Shown here one piece after another: positions 1-8,300 of a stretch of 17,380 bases of DNA. The DNA is taken from contig CAXBPH010000143.1 of NCBI GenBank assembly GCA_963977445.1, positions 1 to 17,380 of the forward strand, written 5' to 3'. The stretch's first letter is position 1. The number at the start of each line of letters is the position of its first letter. The notes beneath the pieces are model-generated. The model ran no database searches. It saw nothing but the letters and a program-made list of their open reading frames with translations, and was not told the DNA's origin. This DNA comes from an uncultured bacterium (GTDB lineage: Bacteria; Hydrogenedentota; Hydrogenedentia; Hydrogenedentales; JAEUWI01). Made by a program: the position numbers and the translations under genes.

Positions 1-380
1 AGCAGGATTAGTGTCGTCAACAGGCCCGCGAGTATGGACCGGGTCAAAATCGTAGTCAGGGCATATACCGGCAGGATGGAGGCCAGAAGAAACAAAATAT
101 TACGAAGGCCGCACAAGAAGGCAGGGCCCACGCCGAGTTTCACGAGAAGGGCGGATGCATAGGTCTGGAGACTGAAGGCATTGTGCACATAAACGGATAG
201 GGGGTGGCCGTCGGGGTAGGCAACCTGCCCCGCAAGAATCTGAGCGTGCTCCCAGGTTTCGTCCCACCGTATTCCACGGAGCAGCACCGCCACGACGGCA
301 AAGAGTATGCACAGGAACACACCCGTCCAAAACAGACCACGGGATACGGGCATCGTCGCTTGTTCATTGGCGTCCAACAC
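1..380 (-). CDS. Multi-pass membrane protein, 3'-truncated by the window edge; possibly a GT-C-fold glycosyltransferase-like protein
   Basis: Not in the ORF track; translated by hand. AGGAG at 390-386 precedes GTG (380) or in-frame TTG (377). The frame is open to base 1: ..DANEQATMPVSRGLFWTGVFLCILFAVVAVLLRGIRWDETWEHAQILAGQVAYPDGHPL..FLCGLRNILFLLASILPVYALTTILTRSILAGLLTTLIL. It has several hydrophobic segments and a DE pair just after TM1. Confidence 0.75.
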   Translation of the reverse strand, partial: MLDANEQATMPVSRGLFWTGVFLCILFAVVAVLLRGIRWDETWEHAQILAGQVAYPDGHPLSVYVHNAFSLQTYASALLVKLGVGPAFLCGLRNILFLLASILPVYALTTILTRSILAGLLTTLIL

Positions 381-400
381 AAAGGCTCCTTCCGACGGGG

Positions 401-430
401 AGTATACGGAGCCAGAAGGGGATTTTTAAA
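401..430 (-). promoter_or_regulatory. Candidate sigma70 promoter for the truncated membrane protein gene
   Basis: Minus-strand TATACT (406-401), with TTAAAA or TTTAAA 17-18 nt upstream, about 20 nt before the start codon. Confidence 0.4.
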
Positions 431-452
431 CCATCGGCTACCCGGCGAAACG

Positions 453-1328
453 TTATTGCGATGCTGCTGCCCGTCGACGGGTGGAAATCAGGCCCACCTG
501 ACCGAATTTTACCCCCATATGACGGGCGATGATTTCACACTTGGCCCGGAGGATGAGGAAGACGTTGCCGTCAAATTCGTCGATGGTTTCATAGTTGCCC
601 TGACCCTTACCGATAATCACGTCCGCCGCAGCCATTCTGTCGAGGAAAGACTGGGGGACCTGTTCCAGGGGCGAGCCAATAAAGGCCCCGCCATTGTCGA
701 TGACGGCGCACACGCTGCTGAGGCCAACCAGGTCGGCATCTTCACGTACTACATCGTTCAACATGGGCGCGCCTTTGACCACGGCGGTCACCGTCGTGAT
801 TTTTTGCAGCTCTTCGATGAGCAACTTGTCAAAGACGATTTCACCGGCATTGTCGAGGAGGTAAAGCAGGTCATCGCACGACGCCAGGGCCTCTTTCAGC
901 GTTTCGGTATGGTCCACCGAAAATCGCTCGTGGAGCACCTCTTCGATGACCGTTTCAATATCGATCTCGTGGCTATCGAGTATGCCCAGGTCAATAACGT
1001 TGCCCGCTGCGGCCAGGTGGAGGGCGGTGACCAGGGGATCGTCGCTCGTGCGCACCCGCTCCCGCATCTTGTCTTCGAGAGACATGGCCACCTCATTTTG
1101 AGCCCGCTTGAGTTCGGCATAGGGGTCCGCCTTGCCGGAAATGGACGCGGCCAGCTGGTAGGCCGTCATGGAGAGGGCGGCCGGCGAGTCGTTGGTGTCC
1201 ATTTTGGGGATTCTGGCGAGGGTCTCGTCGAGGATGCGTCGTTGGATATCGGTATCATCCGAGGCGATACGGGCCGCACGGAGGGCCTGTTTGGCAACAC
1301 ATTCGAGACAGTCGAGGGTAGCTTTCAT
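453..1328 (-). CDS. DUF89/ARMT1-like metal-dependent damage-control phosphatase
   Basis: Start placed at ATG 1328 (MKATLDCLEC, GGGAAG upstream) rather than 1415. Motifs: N-terminal CxxC, AAAGNVIDLG, LLDNAGEIVFD, PMLNDVVREDA, IIGKGQGNYETI, LRAKC. Confidence 0.9.
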   Translation of the reverse strand: MKATLDCLECVAKQALRAARIASDDTDIQRRILDETLARIPKMDTNDSPAALSMTAYQLAASISGKADPYAELKRAQNEVAMSLEDKMRERVRTSDDPLVTALHLAAAGNVIDLGILDSHEIDIETVIEEVLHERFSVDHTETLKEALASCDDLLYLLDNAGEIVFDKLLIEELQKITTVTAVVKGAPMLNDVVREDADLVGLSSVCAVIDNGGAFIGSPLEQVPQSFLDRMAAADVIIGKGQGNYETIDEFDGNVFLILRAKCEIIARHMGVKFGQVGLISTRRRAAASQ

Positions 1329-1543
1329 TATCGATACTTCCCGGGGCCTGGCCCCATCGATGGGTGTTTCACTCCTGCAGGAGCACCTGAAGCCACAGTA
1401 TAGCGCGTTGGACATGGATGAATATATTCTGCTCTAATCGGTATTCCTCGTAGTAACACGCTTCCCGGTGCGAACGTTGTATTTTCCATCGGTTGACAGC
1501 GTCTTTTCAGTAACACACAAAGGTCTTTTTTATGGGTGGCTTT

Positions 1544-2080
1544 ATGGAAGGCGCCATGGCGCTGATGAACGACGCAGTTTCGATTGCGGGCTGGAGCGGT
1601 TTCGGACTGGCGATCCTGGTGGGGCTGGGGCTCGATATGGTGGGCCTCTTCGGGAACTGGATTATCCTCGGGGCCTCGGTAATTGCCTGGATAGCGACCG
1701 GATTTACCCATTTCGGGGTCTGGGGTCTCGTTTTCATGACGGGTTTCGCCGTGCTTGGGGAAATCCTGGAGACGGCATTCGCAGGCTATGGCGCAAAGAA
1801 ATTCGGTGGCAGCAAGGGAAGTATTATCGCCGCCTTGGTGGGCTGTATTCTGGGTGCCATCGCCGGAACCGTAATACCCATTCTCCTGATTGGCAACCTT
1901 ATCGGGGCCTGCCTGGGTGCTTTTGTCGGCGCAGCCCTCTATGAATACATCAAGATGGAGAAACGAGCCGGTGAAGCCATGTGGACCGGTCTCGGTGCCG
2001 CTATTGGCAAGGTTGGCGGACTTTTTGCCAAGTTTTTTTGCGGTATTGCCATGCTCGTGGTTATGTTTTTCAGTTTCTAA
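1544..2080 (+). CDS. DUF456-family integral membrane protein
   Basis: Gly-rich hydrophobic protein with GLFGNW, GYGAKKFGGSKGS, GAFVGAALYE and a terminal K-containing TM segment, typical of DUF456. Start is ambiguous (in-frame ATGs at 1532, 1544, 1556, 1565). Confidence 0.85.
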   Translation: MEGAMALMNDAVSIAGWSGFGLAILVGLGLDMVGLFGNWIILGASVIAWIATGFTHFGVWGLVFMTGFAVLGEILETAFAGYGAKKFGGSKGSIIAALVGCILGAIAGTVIPILLIGNLIGACLGAFVGAALYEYIKMEKRAGEAMWTGLGAAIGKVGGLFAKFFCGIAMLVVMFFSF

Positions 2081-2114
2081 AGTACATCAGGGTGGCAGGA
2101 AGATATCGTAGATT

Positions 2115-3575
2115 ATGAGAATATATCGCCGGCAAATTGGCTTGGGTCTAATGGGTTGGGTCATTGTGATGTGCAGCGCTGTTGCATCGGCGACACCGCC
2201 CAACGTGGTCATCATATTTACCGATGATCAGGGCTACGGTGATGTGGGCTGCTACGGTGCCGAGGGCTACACCACGCCTAATCTGGACAAGATGGCGGCG
2301 GAGGGTGCGCGGTTCACCGATTTCTATGTGCCGGCTCCCGTCTGCACCCCGTCCCGTGGTGCATTGATGACGGGTTCCTATCCCATGCGGATAGGCCTCG
2401 GCCACCGGGTGCTTTTTCCCTATTCCACCTACGGTCTTAATCCCGACGAAGTAACGGTGGCGGAAGTGTTGAAGGGGGCGGGCTATGCGACCGGCATGAT
2501 TGGAAAATGGCATCTGGGCCACCACACGCCCTTTTTGCCGACCAGGCAAGGTTTTGACAGTTTCTTTGGCACCCCCTATAGCAACGATATGAACGGCTAT
2601 CTGTACAAAGGGCTCGATTACCTCTCCCGGCCGTTGCCCCTCATGCGTGGCGAAAATATTGTGGAGTTGGACCCCGATCAGCATCTGCTGACCCGACGCT
2701 ACACGGAAGAAGCCGTGGACTTTATCGAGAGCCACAAGGCATCGCCCTTTTTCCTCTATATGGCGCACAACATGCCCCATGTGCCGATATATGCCTCCGA
2801 TGCCTTCGCAGGCACCACGGAACATGGCCGCTATGGCGATGTGATTGCCGAGATTGATTGGAGTGTGGGCGCGGTACTTGAGGCCTTGGATCGCGCCGGT
2901 ATCGCAGAAAACACCCTGGTGATTTTTACCAGCGACAATGGGCCGGTTACGGGTACCCGCAAGTCCCCGGACGATGGTGCGCCCTACGAATCGGGGTCGT
3001 CCGGCCCCCTTCGCGGACGAAAGAACCAGACGTGGGAAGGGGGCATGCGCGTCCCCGCGATCATGCGCTGGCCCGCCCAGATACCAGCAGGAACGGTTGT
3101 GCACGAACTGGCAACGTCCATGGATATTCTGCCGACCCTCGCCCGTATTGCCGATGCACCCCTACCCGACGTTACCCTCGATGGCAAAGATATTCGGAGC
3201 TTGATGGTGGCCGAACCGGGCGCGAAGACGCCCCACGACGTTTTCTACTACTATCGGGACAACCGCCTGCAGGCCCTCCGCAGCGGTCCCTGGAAGCTCC
3301 ACGTCTTCCGACCGGAATGGAAGGAAGGAAAGGGGGGCGCACCGCTGCTGTACAATCTGGAGACGGACCCCGGCGAACAAGCGGATCTGGCCAAAGAGCA
3401 CCCCGAAGTCGTTCGTCGATTAGAAGGATTGGCGGAAATCGCACGGGTGGAGCTGGGTGATGCGGTGAGCGGTCAGGTTGGCGTGGGCGTTCGTCCCTAT
3501 GGGCTTTTCGGCGCTGAGCGTATTGGTGATGAAAGTCATCGCATGGTCACCAAAAAATCACCGGACAACTCTTGA
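2115..3575 (+). CDS. Secreted Cys-type (formylglycine-dependent) sulfatase, arylsulfatase A-like
   Basis: Signal peptide ending AVASA, then PNVVIIFTDDQGYGD, CTPSRGALMTG (CxPxR), GYATGMIGKWHLG, PHVP, IFTSDNG and WEGGMRVP. Confidence 0.95.
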   Translation: MRIYRRQIGLGLMGWVIVMCSAVASATPPNVVIIFTDDQGYGDVGCYGAEGYTTPNLDKMAAEGARFTDFYVPAPVCTPSRGALMTGSYPMRIGLGHRVLFPYSTYGLNPDEVTVAEVLKGAGYATGMIGKWHLGHHTPFLPTRQGFDSFFGTPYSNDMNGYLYKGLDYLSRPLPLMRGENIVELDPDQHLLTRRYTEEAVDFIESHKASPFFLYMAHNMPHVPIYASDAFAGTTEHGRYGDVIAEIDWSVGAVLEALDRAGIAENTLVIFTSDNGPVTGTRKSPDDGAPYESGSSGPLRGRKNQTWEGGMRVPAIMRWPAQIPAGTVVHELATSMDILPTLARIADAPLPDVTLDGKDIRSLMVAEPGAKTPHDVFYYYRDNRLQALRSGPWKLHVFRPEWKEGKGGAPLLYNLETDPGEQADLAKEHPEVVRRLEGLAEIARVELGDAVSGQVGVGVRPYGLFGAERIGDESHRMVTKKSPDNS

Positions 3576-3664
3576 CAGTAGTGCTCAACTACATCTGAGG
3601 TGTCGAGCAGACCCCGAAAACGGTATCCAAAAGGCCATTTTTTGCTATGGATCGTTAATTTTCC

Positions 3665-3694
3665 TTGCATAAGACCGGCCCAACGCCGTATGAT
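3665..3694 (+). promoter_or_regulatory. Sigma70-like promoter of the GH2-like gene
   Basis: TTGCAT (3665-3670), 18 nt, TATGAT (3689-3694). SD AGGA at 3738-3741, ATG at 3749. Confidence 0.6.
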
Positions 3695-3748
3695 CAGGGG
3701 CAACTCCACCAACCCCTTGTCCGGCCCTCGGACAGTCAGGAAATTTGA

Positions 3749-6700
3749 ATGAGCACCCCACGCACCCACTTATCTTTGGACGGCACTTGGACACGGGCTT
3801 TTGATGCGAAACGCGTCGGCCTGGAACAGCAATGGTTCGAGAAAGCCCCCGCAGATACCCGGGAAATTGAGCTTCCGACCATGCAGTCGCAGGGCCTTGC
3901 ACGTCAAGGCGGAGTGGGGTGGTATTTCAAAACCTTTGAATTCGACGCTGCCTGGCAGGAGCAATTTGCCTCCCTTTCCATCGGTGCGTTGAATTACCCG
4001 GCCACCATCTGGCTCAACGGAATTCGTTTGGGCACCCACCCCGGTGGCGGCGTGCCCGCAAGCTTTCCCGTCAGTGCGCACCTGAAACCGGGCAGCAATG
4101 TTGTCACGATTCGTGTCTCGCTCTTTGAAGCGGACGAAGAGGTTGTCGGTGAGTTTTCAGCCTATTATCCCCTGGATGGCCTGGCCGATATCGCCCTCGA
4201 CATACTCCCCAAGGCCCACATCGGCGCCGTCTATATCCAGCCCGATATTCGCAGGAAGCGTTTGCGTGTCCTCGTTGAGGCAGCATCAGATCGTAGCGTC
4301 CATCTCCAGATAGAAGGCACGAGCTGCCGGGCCGAAGGCGAACCGGGTGAATTAACTATCGAATTTCCTGAGTTCACGTGCTGGTCGCTGGAGACGCCGG
4401 TCGTCTATACCTTGCGGATCGATCTCATTGGCGACGATGGCACGCTGGACAGCCAGTCGATTGCCTTCGGAATGCGTGAATTCACCGTGAAGGATGAGCG
4501 CTTCTATTTCAATAACCGTCCGTTCTTCCTGAAATGTGTCCGCTATGCGCCCGAGTATCCCCAGAACCTCAAGGCGGACAAACTGGCCCTCTTGCTGAAG
4601 CGGGAAATGAAGCTACTCGTTGACGGTGGATTCAATACCCTCCGCGTTTGTGGCGGTCCGGCACCGCAGGCCCTGCTCGATTTAGCCGACACGTTGGGCA
4701 TCCTCGTTCTGGCAGAAGTTTCGACGGCGGAACGGTGTGGTGAAAACGTGGATTGGGAAGGGGCGGTCGAGGCCCATGTGCTCCGCGATCGCAACCGGAT
4801 TTCTCTGGTCGCCTGGTGTGGCGTTCATGTTCTCGATGAAAACGCGGCCCCCTCTGCGCGGGTGGCGGATAGTTGTGCTGCGGAAATTCGGGAACTCGAT
4901 CCGAGTCGTCTGATTCTTTGTGATGCCCAGCCTGACGGTGGCATGCGCAAACGCCCCGCGACATTATTACGTCCCTATCGCGAAAATGGTGAGCCCTATG
5001 AGTCCTTCGAAACCTCCATTATTCCCCCGGTGAGTCAACTCGCGAAGGACTACCTTCGTTTGGCGGGTGATCCGTTGCGGCTGAATTTCCAGGGTCAGAT
5101 GAGTGCCGGTGGAGCCGTAGACTGGGCCGATGGGGCAGCGGCCAGCCTGGAAGCGCAAAAAGAATTCGATCGCATATTCCTGGAGCGACAGCTCGACCGG
5201 TGTTTTGGTGGCATGGAAAATTTCTTTGCCGCATCTCAGCAACTTCAAGCCGATGGTATTCGTGCCCAGCTCGATGCCATTCGTTCCAATATCAAAATGA
5301 TGGGTTACGGCGTCGAAAGTCTGTGTGACGGACCGTCGACCAGCCCATTCGGCCTCGCGGATGTAAAGCGTCACGCGAAACCCGTTCTGAAGTCCCTGAA
5401 GCAGGTGCAACACGGCGTGCGCCCCGTCGTGCAGATTTACAAGACCAATCTCGTGCCCCGTGAAGAGGTGAATGTCACCATTCTGCTCATTAACGAGGCG
5501 CGCATCGAGGGGCGGGGTGAGCTTTCTCTCCAAGTCGTCGGGCCGACCAATCAGGTGCTCTGGAAAAAGAAACGGTTGGTGAAGATTCCCCGCCACGGTC
5601 GCGAACTCTGGTCCGGCGAAATCGCGGCTTCAGGCTCACCCGGTCCCCATAAATTTGTTGTTCGCTTGATGCAGGACAATCGTGTTGTGGGCGAGAATTT
5701 TGTCGACCTCCATGTGGTACCGTCCCATGATACGGAGCCGGTCGAAATCAATGTGCTTGGCAGCCAGAGCAAGTGGCGCTCCCCGTGTGGTCGTCTTGCC
5801 AAGCTCCACAACTTCCTGGCACCAATTCACATCGTGCCGCCGCTGGCAAATACGATTCGCGCCTATCCCGCCAACGACCTGATTCAGGTGCTGGCGCAGG
5901 TGAATGAAGGCGCGGTCGCTATCATATTCAGCCCCCCGGAGGATTGGAACGATCTCACAGAATACGTCGGTGCCGGACTGAAGATTTCCTCCTGTCGTAT
6001 CGACAAAGGCCGTCGGGTAAATCACCACTACGCTAAATTGCACCCGGTTTTTGATGGATTGCCATCGCGAGACCTCATGGGGCAGCCCTACCACAACATC
6101 TTAAGCCTGCAGGCCTTCGAAAGTGAATCCGACGAAGAAATGTCGGGTGTTCACAGTGTCTGGCGCGACAACGACAGCGCCTCCGGTTCCAACGGCCTGC
6201 GCCACTGGTGGGGCAATAACATTACCGTCAAGCGTCTGGGTGCGGGGCGGGTGGTCTTTACCCACCTGCGTATCCTGGAGCATCTCGGTGCTGATCCCGT
6301 CGCTGACCGGGTCTTCGTTAATCTGCTCCAGCATTTTGTTCGTCGCTCGATTCCCGCAACGGAAGTTGTCGCCGCCGATCAGAAGGCGGTGGAATGGCTC
6401 CTTCGCGAGCGGGCCAACGGCGTCAGAAAATGGATGGTCATCGGCTCCTTTCCCAATTGGGGCGGGGAAGTCGGCCACGATACAGCTTATCCCCCGGAAG
6501 CGAACATCGACTTCGATGCGACCTACCCCGGTTGGTATCGGGCCCTTCGCTGGAAGGCCTGGAATTCACGGCTCGCAAACCGGCACACCCTCGATTTTAC
6601 CGAAGCGCTGGATGGCGACGTGGGCACCGGAGCACCCAGTCCCTATGGCACGGTTTACGCCTATGCTGAATTCAGTTGTGACCGCAGACAGGACGTGGCG

Positions 6701-6931
6701 TTCAATCTAAAGGGTACCCCCACGGTCAAGCTCTGGTTGAATGGTGCGCTCATACACGCCACCGACATGGAAGAGCGGGGAAGTGACTCCTATGATACGG
6801 TCGTCTCCCCGGTCAAGCAGGGCAAGAATACCTTGCTGATCAAGTGCTCGAAAGGGTTGGGCGACTTCAAACTTTCCGTCGAAGTGGAAGGCGCGGGGAC
6901 AGCTCCCCTTATCATGAATTGGTGGAAATAA
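3749..6931 (+). CDS. Glycoside hydrolase family 2-like protein with C-terminal beta-sandwich domain; catalytic motifs degenerate
   Basis: GH2 landmarks: LSLDGTW, GVGWY, IWLNG..GTHPGG, WSLETPVVY, FGMREF..FYFNNRPFFLK, GFNTLR, LADTLGILVLAE, RDRN..SLVAW, ELDPSR. The C-terminal WMVIGSF..YAY..KLWLNG..GKNTLLIK module looks like a jelly roll. No signal peptide. Confidence 0.85.
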   Translation: MSTPRTHLSLDGTWTRAFDAKRVGLEQQWFEKAPADTREIELPTMQSQGLARQGGVGWYFKTFEFDAAWQEQFASLSIGALNYPATIWLNGIRLGTHPGGGVPASFPVSAHLKPGSNVVTIRVSLFEADEEVVGEFSAYYPLDGLADIALDILPKAHIGAVYIQPDIRRKRLRVLVEAASDRSVHLQIEGTSCRAEGEPGELTIEFPEFTCWSLETPVVYTLRIDLIGDDGTLDSQSIAFGMREFTVKDERFYFNNRPFFLKCVRYAPEYPQNLKADKLALLLKREMKLLVDGGFNTLRVCGGPAPQALLDLADTLGILVLAEVSTAERCGENVDWEGAVEAHVLRDRNRISLVAWCGVHVLDENAAPSARVADSCAAEIRELDPSRLILCDAQPDGGMRKRPATLLRPYRENGEPYESFETSIIPPVSQLAKDYLRLAGDPLRLNFQGQMSAGGAVDWADGAAASLEAQKEFDRIFLERQLDRCFGGMENFFAASQQLQADGIRAQLDAIRSNIKMMGYGVESLCDGPSTSPFGLADVKRHAKPVLKSLKQVQHGVRPVVQIYKTNLVPREEVNVTILLINEARIEGRGELSLQVVGPTNQVLWKKKRLVKIPRHGRELWSGEIAASGSPGPHKFVVRLMQDNRVVGENFVDLHVVPSHDTEPVEINVLGSQSKWRSPCGRLAKLHNFLAPIHIVPPLANTIRAYPANDLIQVLAQVNEGAVAIIFSPPEDWNDLTEYVGAGLKISSCRIDKGRRVNHHYAKLHPVFDGLPSRDLMGQPYHNILSLQAFESESDEEMSGVHSVWRDNDSASGSNGLRHWWGNNITVKRLGAGRVVFTHLRILEHLGADPVADRVFVNLLQHFVRRSIPATEVVAADQKAVEWLLRERANGVRKWMVIGSFPNWGGEVGHDTAYPPEANIDFDATYPGWYRALRWKAWNSRLANRHTLDFTEALDGDVGTGAPSPYGTVYAYAEFSCDRRQDVAFNLKGTPTVKLWLNGALIHATDMEERGSDSYDTVVSPVKQGKNTLLIKCSKGLGDFKLSVEVEGAGTAPLIMNWWK

Positions 6932-6946
6932 CAGACTCGCGCGCTC

Positions 6947-8068
6947 TTATGACTTTCTCATGAAGCCATAGCTACCCAGTGGCACGAGATTCAGTCGCTC
7001 GACCATATCGCGCTTTACCGTTCCCACAAAAACGTAGCCGGGCGATTCCAGTGCTTGAATGAAATTGCGCAGGAAGTGTTCCCGTGCGTCGTCCTTGTAA
7101 TATTGGAATACATTGGCGCAAACGATTGCGTTGAAGCGATGTTTACGGGGGACACGTTTGATGTCGTGGGGGCGAAACCGTACGAAGCGCCGGATATCCT
7201 TGTCAAAGGTGACCCGGTCGCCTTCGACGATGCCGTATTGGTGAAAATACCGTTCGTGGGCACGCAATTCACTACCGTTCACCCGGTAGTGTCCCGCTTC
7301 GGCCTCGGCGACCAGTTTCTCGTTTATATCCGTGCCGATGACCTGGAGGGGGCAGTTGATACCCTTCCGTGCAAAGAGGTCATGCAAAAACATGGTGTAG
7401 GAATAGGCTTCGGCACCGGTGCTACAGCACGCGCTCCAGAATTTAAACGGCTGACCCGGGCGGGTGCCTGCATGCTCGGGCACGATCCAATCTTCCAAGG
7501 CCTGAAAGGTTTTCTTCTCTCGGAAGAATCGTGTTGCATTGGCAACCACACCGGAGCCGTCCGTCTCACGAAACACCTGGGTGCTGTCATTGAGACTCAG
7601 TGCAGCGGATGCGGGGTTCCCCTGATCGGCCGAGGCGGCTTCCCGGTAAGTATCGAGCTGGCCTTTGGCGATATCGAAGTAAATGGTTCGATAGTACGGG
7701 GTGGCCACATCATTCTCACGGCTTTTTAGCCCCATGGCCCGCTGGGCCGACCGCCAGGCGTCGATAAGGTGTGGGCGATCGGGCACGCCACCGATGAGTA
7801 CACACTCGATACTCTTGCGGGGAATTTCCCGTTTTTCGAAGGATTCAATGGCCTCAGTCAGAAGAGCGAGAGCAATTTTTGAGGCCTGAATGGTATTGGC
7901 GCTCATGAAAAGAACCGCCCCTAGCGATCCACGTTTATCACGAAGTATACAGGCAGGATAGCGACGAACGTCGAATACCATTTGGCCGGCCCGCTGGATG
8001 TGACAGCCTTCTTTTCGACTGGGGTTGGCCCCGAAACGTGGGGTGTCAATGATTTGATAATTTATCAA
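6947..8068 (-). CDS. CheD-like domain fused to a CheR-type SAM-dependent methyltransferase
   Basis: C-terminal half: NATRFFRE, FWSACCSTGAEAYS, IGTDIN, VRFRPHDI, FNAIVCANVFQYY (CheR motifs). N-terminal half: ILRD..GA, IECVLIGG, GLKSRENDV..RTIYFDIAKG (CheD-like). TTG at 8068 is the most upstream start after an in-frame stop. Confidence 0.8.
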   Translation of the reverse strand: MINYQIIDTPRFGANPSRKEGCHIQRAGQMVFDVRRYPACILRDKRGSLGAVLFMSANTIQASKIALALLTEAIESFEKREIPRKSIECVLIGGVPDRPHLIDAWRSAQRAMGLKSRENDVATPYYRTIYFDIAKGQLDTYREAASADQGNPASAALSLNDSTQVFRETDGSGVVANATRFFREKKTFQALEDWIVPEHAGTRPGQPFKFWSACCSTGAEAYSYTMFLHDLFARKGINCPLQVIGTDINEKLVAEAEAGHYRVNGSELRAHERYFHQYGIVEGDRVTFDKDIRRFVRFRPHDIKRVPRKHRFNAIVCANVFQYYKDDAREHFLRNFIQALESPGYVFVGTVKRDMVERLNLVPLGSYGFMRKS

Positions 8069-8230
8069 TGCATGGGTCCGAAATTGGGCTGAACGTCAGG
8101 TGTTGCTTGCGCTTCACTGGTTTTTCGGGCCATTACTTGCACCCCACATGTTCCGAGATTCTATTGGTCTGAATCACCCTGATGGGTCATTATCCCGGCA
8201 CTTCGTATGGCATAAAGCGCGGTGAATAAC

Positions 8231-8248
8231 TCCCCTCCAAGGAGGGGA
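8231..8248 (-). terminator. GC-rich hairpin downstream of the alpha/beta hydrolase gene; possible terminator
   Basis: TCCCCTCC-AA-GGAGGGGA inverted repeat about 50 nt after the stop at 8301. Only a weak U-tract follows (GTTATT on the minus strand). Confidence 0.4.
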
Positions 8249-8300
8249 ATCTATACCCGGTTCCTACTCAATTTCACGGGATTATAAAGGCCTTCAACTA

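Noticed and set aside
204..1403. 399-aa plus-strand ORF
   Set aside because: Codon-aligned antisense shadow of the DUF89 gene and the truncated membrane gene, with no recognisable motifs.
1493..1498. Perfect TTGACA hexamer (another at 3572-3577)
   Set aside because: Neither has a credible -10 element at 16-18 nt spacing.
2148..3104. 318-aa minus-strand ORF
   Set aside because: Antisense shadow of the sulfatase. The other short track ORFs nested in recognised genes were rejected on similar grounds.
3696..3734. Two small hairpins in the GH2-like gene leader (AGGGG/CCCCT and TGTCCG/CGGACA)
   Set aside because: The stems are only 5-6 bp in GC-rich DNA and do not cover the SD, so there is no support for a regulatory RNA.
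8069..8300. Possible riboswitch (for example c-di-GMP) upstream of the CheD-CheR gene
   Set aside because: I read the minus strand and found no recognisable aptamer motifs. An Infernal/Rfam scan would be decisive.
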